The notes under the pieces were generated by a model that searched no databases, was not told the DNA's origin, and saw only the letters and a list, made by a program, of their open reading frames with translations. DNA of 64,000 nt from Basidiobolus meristosporus CBS 931.73 (taxonomy: Eukaryota; Fungi; Basidiobolomycota): contig MCFE01000341.1 of the NCBI GenBank assembly GCA_002104905.1, forward strand, positions 1-64,000, in the 5' to 3' direction. Within the stretch, counting starts at the first letter, position 1; each line of letters begins with the position of its first letter. Shown piece by piece: positions 57,401 to 64,000 of this stretch. Both the position numbers and the translations under genes were made by a program.

Positions 57401-59695
57401 AATGCTGTGGCTGATGCACTCTCCAGGAAGGGACTACAATTATCTGAAGACTTGGACCCTCACTTAGATGATATTATTGATGCAGAGATCCAACAGATTG
57501 CCATCAAAGACCAAGAGAGAACTACCTGGAGTCTGATCAAGGAATATCTAAGGACACTTAAGAAACCTAGTTGGATGGAAATTCAGGAGTTTAGAAAACT
57601 CAGGATGAAGGCACACCACTACTATCTCAAGGATGACCTTCTCTTTAAGCAAGTGAAGCCTGGACTTATGCCAAGAAGAGTAGTCACTACCCCAGAAGAG
57701 CAACTGAGCATCAATACAAGTATTCACCAAGGAGAACCAGGAGGACATAGAGGACAAGAAGCCACCTACAATACCACAGTTCACAGGTACTACTGGGAAA
57801 ACATGTACTATGATATCCAACACTTTGTTGAGTCATGTGTAGCCTGCCAGAAGAGATCCTCCAAGCGTTATGAAGAACCACTGCATCCTACTTACACAAT
57901 CTGTCTATGGCAAAAGGTTGGCATTGACCTTGTCCACATGCCAACAGCTGGATCAAAAAGTACCTGATTGTTGCTAGAGATGACCTTAGTGGATGGGCAG
58001 AGGCTTGAGCCTTGCCCAACAACAACAGCCATACCATATGGAGATTTATACTTGAAGACATCATCTGCAGATTTGGCTGCATCCAACAATTTGTTGCTGA
58101 CAGAGGGGAGATGACATCCCAAATGCTCCAGGAGTTGTGTTCAAAGTACAAGATACACATTGCTTTTACAACAGCTTACCACCATCAAGCCAATGGAATG
58201 ATAGTGAGAGGACATGGACCATTGGTGAACTCACTTGTTAAGACCTGTGAGAATAACACAACACTGTGACCACAGCAATTACATCTTGCACTCTGGGCAG
58301 ATAGAATTACTACCAAGAGAACAACTGGATTATTGCCATCAAAGCTACTCTATGGAGAAGACTGCCTACTACCAGTTGAGTTAAACACAGTCACTTGGAA
58401 ATCATTGAATTGGAAATCCAATATGCAGACTGAAGACCTCCTTGCAACTTGCATACAGCAATTTGATCACCATGACTTGAATATCAGCAGAGCTGCTGAA
58501 CAACTTAAGCATACATGACTGAAGAACAAGGTGCCCTTTGACAAATCACACCCAAAAAGACCAAAACCACTATCACTAGGAGACCCAGTATTACTCTATG
58601 ATTCCACCTTGGAAAAACAATGGAGTCAGAAGTTTGATAACAAATAGACTGGCCCCTACCTCATTTCCAGAGTGCTTGGAAATGGAAGTTATTACATATC
58701 TGAGCTTGACAACACCCACTTGAGAGCACCAGTTGCTGGAAACCAACTAAGTTATTCAAGCATAGGAACTTTGCACATCAAGATTAGTTTGCTTTGACCC
58801 AAGTTCAAAGCTGAGAGGGGGGTGGATGTAGTGGGGTGACAGTGACACCCACTGACAGATGTGCTCATTCCCTTATTTTCTACTTCCCTATATCTCTACT
58901 AGACTTATTTTAGTTTTATCACATTTGTCTTACCAAATCAGAACTATCCCAGAAGCCAGTTGACTATCACACCTGCTTACTTTATAGCATAAGTTACCCC
59001 TCACTTTATGTAAGATTACTAGCTATAAGTGCTTCTATATTAGGCAAGTACCCGCACCAGTACCCGTGACACATGATCAACCTGTGTCACAATCCCTACC
59101 AATATCCGTACCATATATGGTATCCCTATGTTACACAGACTTCAGAATACTGATTCCTGATTGGTTGGATGTGCTGTGCCTCTTAGAACCTTCTGGCACC
59201 TACTTAGAGCATTCTTAGGTCATTCTGATGTCATCAGGACTTCTATTGATATCTGGAACCTTCTGGAATACCATGATTTGTAATCACTTAGCCAGTGAGA
59301 AAAGTATATAAGGGAGGCTATCCCTCAACAATAAATCATCATCCCTTTTATCAATATACCACTTGTTGATTAGTGTGATCACTGCTACCTGCTGCCACCT
59401 GAACTTCCAGCCCCAGACCGCAGGACACTCCCAGGAAACTACGCTGACAGCCAACTGACCTTGGAGGCACTACTTGTGAGGAATACTCAGAGTAGGTATC
59501 TTTTATTATATTAGATTCTGTCCCAAGTTTGTTCTTGTACAGGCAAAGATACTTTTCTGTCTTTGTAACTATTGACCACAGCTGCATTCTTATCAAGTCC
59601 CTGCTGGTGGAGTTTACAGTTGTTTTGACTTTGGAAGCTTTAGTACATTGTCATCTCAGAGGATGCTGAACCCAGCACAAACTTTTGTTATGACA
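54405..59695 (+). mobile_element. Ty3/gypsy retrotransposon, degenerate
   Basis: 5'-truncated LTR ~54405-55153; 3' LTR 58827-59695 after PPT GAGAGGGGGGTGGA. pol at ~55880-58770 in RT (DLYSGYDQI, FVDD), RNase H (TVDAS...YSQSKREL...ETDAKPL...NAVADALSR), integrase (HHCC; GIDLVHMP) order, which is gypsy order. In-frame stops present. Confidence 0.9.
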
Positions 59696-60339
59696 CAGTG
59701 TTTGTTAGGTGAGATAGGTCACGATTGATCAGTGATCCTTCATCTCCAGAGCTATCCCTACCTGTGATTCTTTTAATACTTCCTATGATGTCTGTGTGCT
59801 TTGTGGCTAGGAGGCTTGCTACAATATTCATCTAGTCTTTTTTGCTTCTCTTATGGCATTAAATCACAGTAGTTATGTCCATGTGGCAAACAGTTTGACA
59901 CATAACAATGTAATGCTATATAATATCACTTTTTGTCAAAACTTATATCAGGTTAAGACAATATGTACTTGAGACATCACACCTACATGAATGTATGATT
60001 AACTGATGACCTGCCATAGTAGGCACCATAAATAAAGTTGTGGAACCACATACACACCTATATGTGACACTGTTTCCTTGTTGGTTTGACTCACTTCCAC
60101 ATATATAGTGCCAAAGAATAAAGCAAGTACCTGGCTCCCAACTAAACTCAACCACTGACTGCAGTAGAAGAATAGTTGGACCACAGCTTGCTTTGACATT
60201 CAGTGCAACAAGTAGGGCCACATCCAAAAAAGGTCATGCCAACAGTGTACCCACTGAAGGTAATAATGTGGACTCCTTGGGCTCTCAGTCAAGTACACAG
60301 TTAAAAATCTCTATTGAGTTGCAAGCAACCATAAAGCTT

Positions 60340-62110
60340 GGGCAGATGTGAATGTAGCTACCGCTGCAAGTCCAGAACAAGCTGAATCCCATCATTGCCA
60401 AGAGGAGTTGCCATCAAGAAAACAACAGTTTTCACATGAGTTGGAAGTGCAGCCAGTTGAGCACACTCCAGCAGGGTAGATAGGTTTGCTGAGAAAAGCC
60501 ATTTATCTGCCACAGCCTCCGCATCCTCCATTGTTGACAGAGTGGAGATCCCACTGACATACAAGGCTACAATGTCAAGAGCTCAAAAGACTATCACAAT
60601 GCCTTCAGTGAAATCTTGGAACATTAATAGGCATACCAAGAGGTTGCTCCACTTCCTCAAGAGCAGTGCTCAAGAAAATGCACTGGAATATTGCAAGGAT
60701 TTATTGCAAAAACAGGCAGATGAGGTGCTAGACCTTGCAGTGCTGGCTGAAGACCAGGATGTATGGGAACCTGTGAGAGAAAAGGGGCATGAAGATGTTA
60801 GGTTCCTGCCAAAGTCATGGAAACAGAGCAATACAGCAGAGCTACTTGTTGTGTGATGGATCTTGATGGAGTTGCGTGTTGAGTATGGGGTTAGGCTTAA
60901 TATTGGTGTTGGGCATAGGGAATTGTATAGATCAATATAACTGTTTGTAGAGGTACAGCTGAAGTTTCAGTAGAAATAAATCAGCCTGTGTGAATGAGAA
61001 GTTGGGGAAATGGTTGGGTCAGGAAGTAAAGTGTGTGAAAAAGATGCAATAGCCAATCTGTGTACTCAAATGTATGAGGTGATTAAGTGTCTGGGACCAC
61101 AAAGTGAGAAAACTGGGAGAGAACCAATCAAAAGCCACTTATGTATTGCCGTGATGAGCACATCCAGCCAATCAGAAATCTGTATCTTGAGACCTGTGCA
61201 ACATAGGGATTCTGTAATGGAATGAGAATTATAGGGATGGCAATGTGTTTGGTCATCTGTCACAGGCTATGGCACAGGCACTGCTAAATACAAGCACACT
61301 TAGACCCAGTAATCTTACATAAAGCAAAGAATAATTAATGTAACAAATTAAGTAGGTTCTCAGTCTGTCAGCTTACAAGATAGTACTAATCAGTTAAAAC
61401 AATTGGAATTAATCAAAGCAAGGGTAGTAGAGAAACAGGGCAGTTGAATATATGGAATTGAGTACAAATGTGAGTAGGTCTCACTATGACCCCATGATGC
61501 CAGCTTACCATGGGACTATCATGAGCTCAAGGCCAAGTATAATGTGCTTGACCTGCTCCATGAGCATTATCCTGAATTCAAACAAGCAAGTGGAATTTGG
61601 GTCATCATTGGTAGGCTCAGAAAGTATCTCAAGAGTGGCAGAAACTATCAAAGGCTGAAGAAAAGGGTGCCATGGCCAAAAAGGAGTGGCTTCATCAAGT
61701 GCCCATTGAAACCAAGCCTGAAAGCTCTAAGTAAGAGTCAAGAAAATGTCCGGTAGCTGGAAGAGTGCTTGCAAGAGACAAGCAGGCAGAAGCAGATGTA
61801 CTAGTGCAATATTTTGCAAACAAAAAGCATACTTTCATTTGAGAAGCACTCAGTCAAAGTATCATTGAAGGACCTACCAGTGATAAAGACCAGTGGCTTC
61901 ATCTAGAGCCTGTAACAACGGGGCTGAAAGCTTGAGGCCAGCAGCACAAAAACATCAGGGTGCAGGAAGAGTGCTGGTAAGAAATAAATAGGCAGAACTG
62001 GATGCAGCAGTACAGTATTTATCAAGGAGAAAACGTAACTCAATGCAAGAAGAACTCAGACAAAGTGGCAGTAACAGACCTGGCAGTAATAAAGGAAAAG
62101 GTAAATGGCA
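60340..62110 (+). pseudogene. Family X copies 2 (60340-61160, 3' half) and 3 (61480-62110, middle part) in tandem
   Basis: TITMPSVKSWNINRHTKRLLHFLKSSAQENALEYCKDLL and LLHEHYPEFKQASGIW match family X copy 1. Confidence 0.6.
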
Positions 62111-62999
62111 ACTTGATCTGTTGTCATTGCCCTTGGCTGAGCTTGATGTGATGCAATCTGTTGACGCAACTTAGCTTGCTCTAATGGGCTTGTATTTGGT
62201 TGAGCAGATTGGCAAGTTTGAGAAGTTTTGCTCTGAACTACACATACTGACCTGGCATGTGTTAACCCAGTGCATGGTGCTCTTGTAAGGGGTACTGGGA
62301 TGGACTGGACTGACATGCAGCAACCTGTGGCATTTCAAGGGATGGTGAGGAATGCAATAAGGGGTACTGGCGCAATCTAGATGCAGTTACTGGCAGGCTG
62401 TTTTATCTCTCTTGAAGTTCACTTTCTGATTCCTGAATGCATTTGTACCCGCTGTCTAATACCTTGAAATTGTCGCCTTGATAAGTACCATGCATATTGC
62501 TCTTGGAAGCCACTTAACTCCACTACTATATCATGTAGTGTACTAGTCATTTGAGGCAATAACTGATTCAAAATCTTCTTGGTTCCCAATGTTGAGGCAC
62601 AAATGCACAAATCCAGCATGCACTGAGCAAATTGCACGCATGCACAGACATATCCAGTCTGTGCTGCGCAAATTGCATGTGGGATTGTTTGAGTGCAGCT
62701 TCCTCATCAAATCCCCTCACTCTCAGCTCAAACTTGATTTCAATACTTCTCTTGTATATATCTTCTACATGCATTTGCTGGCATCTTGTTGTAGAATGCA
62801 TGCCACAGCTTTCTACTCAAGTTTGTTCATATCTGTTGTTTGGATATTTATACAGTAGCATATTGGCATCAATCTGGACTTATATAAAATATATAAGAGA
62901 ACTAGTGTGATTGCTCAGATTCTGTATTTTACGCAAAATGCAACTTGTATTGCATGGACATGGATCAGATCATATCAGTTGCGGACTTCCTATTCAATT

Positions 63000-64000
63000 A
63001 TAGGCATATGAGTAAATCAACAATAAAATCATCAAGTAATTGTGTGCAAATGATTTTGAGTCATCATGATCAGATACATGGCATTTGATGGAAATTTGAT
63101 TATAATATACTGGAAGTCAGATAAATCAACCTGGTGGTGCCATATCAATTCAATTTGCATCTGCCCAATAACTCCCCAATCTTAACTGGCAGTTCCTAAA
63201 TATATATGCCTTCAGGACTTTTTATTAGTCCTTGATATATATTGTTACTGGCTGAGTAATATAGTTGATCAAGTGAGAGTTCCCATCAGCTGTTGAAACT
63301 GAAGCTGAAATGATGAACTTTAAGTTGATATATGCTTTCATGGCAAATTGTTCTGACATGAATTGGTGTGATGCTTTGCAGTCAATCATGATCATAAAAG
63401 GTATTCTATTGAATATTTTATTTAAGTATGATTGCATCCCTGAGAATGATATCATTTGATATAAGTATTCTTCAGTCATATGGATGATGAGTTCTTAGTC
63501 TTTTTCAGGCTCCTCTTCCATGTTACTTTGCACAAGGGCTTTAGAGTGGCTAAAGGTTATTGTTGACCGGTGTCCATTTCTTCTTTCAGGCCTGTAATCT
63601 GAGATATATCCTAGCTGATGGCTATCAGAACAAGGTCCTTTCTTTTTGCACTCATCTGAGGTGAGATTTATCTGCATAGCACCTATTTTCATTGGCACTG
63701 TCTTGTATTGTATTCACTGATGCAATTTTAACCTCTCAGATCAGTTGTATGCGTTTTCCCACTCCAAATATAGCCACACCATAGGCAATGGCAATCTTGA
63801 TGGCTTCCTCAATAGTCTAAGGTATTCATTAGTTTATTTCCTTTCAAGTTCTTTCCTTCAACCCATCAATAAAGTATGAAACCTGATCAAGAAGATCCGT
63901 TTATTCAATTTGTTCAAGTAGATATTATACTCAGAGTAGTATTCTTGAACCATTCCTTTCTGTCTGAGTGCCTTCAGCTTCCTTCATTGTAGTGACTGCT
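63000..64000 (-). mobile_element. Second Ty3/gypsy remnant: gag and aspartic protease
   Basis: Gag-like RKLKALRQKGMVQEYYSEY...DQVSYFIDGLK...IEEAIKIAIAY; PMKIGAM followed by a decayed zinc knuckle; protease-like MIDCKASHQFMSE...VSTADG. Confidence 0.7.

Overview
Eukaryotic (fungal) genomic DNA with two sharply different halves. The short spliceosomal introns, fungal-type histone H3 and secreted tyrosinase suggest an early-diverging fungus, but that placement is inference. 1 to ~27.9 kb is gene-dense and CpG-rich: RAE1/GLE2 (partial), COG2, a secreted tyrosinase-like gene, 6-unit polyubiquitin, UTP4, histone H3, a Bud21/Utp16-like nucleolar protein, ACO1, a TBC RabGAP, GRX5, MDM38/LETM1 and one gene of unknown function. 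~28 to 64 kb is an AT-richer, almost CpG-free repeat domain with no recognisable host gene. It holds a self-nested stack of a small Ty1/copia family with a Ty5-like half-tRNA primer site (at least 12 LTR copies, several with perfect 5-bp TSDs), three ~734-bp foldback elements with 3-bp TSDs, a decayed PIF/Harbinger-like (PHIS) transposase ending in the same TIR, one Ty3/gypsy element plus a second gag-protease remnant, and a multicopy ORF family of unknown function. The most interesting signals are the foldback family whose two arms co-vary within each copy, the CpG-directed hypermutation confined to the repeat domain, and the unknown multicopy ORF family. All coordinates, alignments and counts were made by eye; intron boundaries are approximate unless stated.
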